Assembly (NCBI RefSeq): GCF_001194135.2
Contig: NC_068983.1
Span: 26,337,888 to 26,377,129, forward strand
Direction of reading: 5' to 3'
Length of the DNA stretch: 39,242 nucleotides
Origin: Octopus bimaculoides
Taxonomy: Eukaryota
Part shown: positions 37,791 to 39,242 of the stretch, piece by piece
How positions within the stretch are numbered: position 1 is the stretch's first letter
How the letters are laid out: the number at the start of each line of letters is the position of its first letter
Made by a program: the position numbers and the translations under genes
The notes under the pieces: model-generated
Told to the model about the DNA's origin: nothing
Seen by the model: the letters and a program-made list of their open reading frames with translations, nothing else
The model's database searches: none

Positions 37791-38404
37791 TATATATATA
37801 TATATATACATATATACATATGTGTGTGAAAGCATGTACAGAATGACCTGTCGAAGATCAGGATCGATGTTTGGAATTATTCTTTTTTTCTTCGGCCAGC
37901 TTTCTTTTATCTCGGTTTCATTCTGTCCAGTACAACATTTGAGTGGTACTCCTTGAATGTTTGTATGTCATACAAGCGTTGCACGCTAAATTGAGGTTAG
38001 TATATCAGCAGTAGATGTTAGTAAAATGTTCTAAGCGACTCCTCGATTTGCTAGTCGTTGAGATGTGTATACCTAGACAGTAAGACGTACACATACACAT
38101 GCGTGTGCACATATTTATATGCATTTATTAAATTATTGATGCGTAGACATAGTGTCATTTCACTGCATTGCTATACCTTAGAAATTACCTATAGATTTTT
38201 TAGAGATCGCTGTGCATTATGACGATTATATATAATGCGTCTACAGCTTGTTTGTGAACAAAATAATGCAGAGAAAGTTTGTAAGTATGTTTCGACTATT
38301 GCTGAAATCGTCGTTAATAACTGTGCAAGAAGTTTAACTTTCCATACACGCACTACGTATAAACTCAATGATATTAGGGTTTGAAGTAAAATGGATAATA
38401 TATT

Positions 38405-38811
38405 TGCATTTTTAACAATCGAAATTTAAGCTGTTTCTATGTGAAATGAGTTTTTTTTTTCATTACTATATGTGATGAAACGATCGTACAAATATATATA
38501 TATAGTTACTGAGCGAATCCGTACAAAGAAGAGTTCAAATAAAGGTACAGCTATCCTTTTTTTCTGCCAACAAATATGGTGCAGATATTTTGTTTGTAAT
38601 TGTCACAACTGCATTTTTAAAAATCGAAATTTAAGCTGTTTCTACGTGAAATGAGTTTTCTCATTACTATATGTGATGAAACGATCGTACAAATAACTAT
38701 ATAGTTACTGAGCGTACCCGTACAAGCATCAATCGAAATATAGGTACAGCTATCCCTTATTTTTTCTGCCAACAAATGTTGTGCAGATATTTTGTTTGTA
38801 ATTGCTACAAC
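38405..38811. repeat. Tandem duplication of a ~205-bp unique unit
   Basis: 38405-38609 and 38610-38811 share AATCGAAATTTAAGCTGTTTCTA, CATTACTATATGTGATGAAACGATCGTACAAATA and GCAGATATTTTGTTTGTAATTG. Confidence 0.95.
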
Positions 38812-39009
38812 ACTAGTTCTTGAGTAAAAAAAATCTAAGTTATAGGAAACAAATCATATGCAATTTATACATCGGTAATCTAAATTTTGATCTTGTTTTC
38901 CAGACTACGTTAATTATGCAAAATAGTGCGTCACGGATACACGACCCTCAAATGTTAGTGAATTTGCAAACAGTGATTTTGCGTATTGAAAACTGCTCCC
39001 TTTTTTTTG

Positions 39010-39144
39010 TTCGCATGTTATATATATATGTGTGTGTGCGTGCATATGTGTGTGCGTGCGTGTGTGTGCGTGCATATGTGTGTGCTTGCGTGTGTGTGCT
39101 TGCGTGTGCGTGCGCTTAGGTGTTACTGCTTGTATGTATGCTTG

Positions 39145-39242
<98 letters not shown>
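39010..39242. repeat. Compound (GT/GC), (CA)n, (TA)n microsatellite
   Basis: Direct read. Confidence 0.95.

Noticed and set aside
36733-37956. Longest ORFs in the track (292-407 aa)
   Set aside because: They are open only because they run through the 824-N gap.

Overview
AT-rich, microsatellite-dense eukaryotic scaffold with many N gaps. The tRNA-derived SINE families and repeat landscape point to an octopus or other coleoid cephalopod (inference). No complete protein-coding gene can be supported; most ORF-track entries are microsatellite or gap artefacts. The window is mainly transposon debris: about 17 SINE copies from three families, a near full-length decayed mariner (D,D34D, 30645-31916), a decayed maT/DD37D-type Tc1-mariner (about 9971-10896, minus strand), a 214-bp mariner MITE, a mariner C-terminal fragment and two RTE-LINE relics. 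The best unexplained signal is a type I hammerhead ribozyme fold at 36289-36371. It has a complete catalytic core, a GUA cleavage triplet and a palindromic minimal stem III of the kind described for dimer-cleaving Penelope-associated hammerheads. Its 3' half is repeated in inverted orientation about 470 bp upstream, suggesting a Penelope-like insertion with an inverted pseudo-LTR. Two more decayed hammerhead-like motifs and several isolated candidate exons are reported at low confidence.
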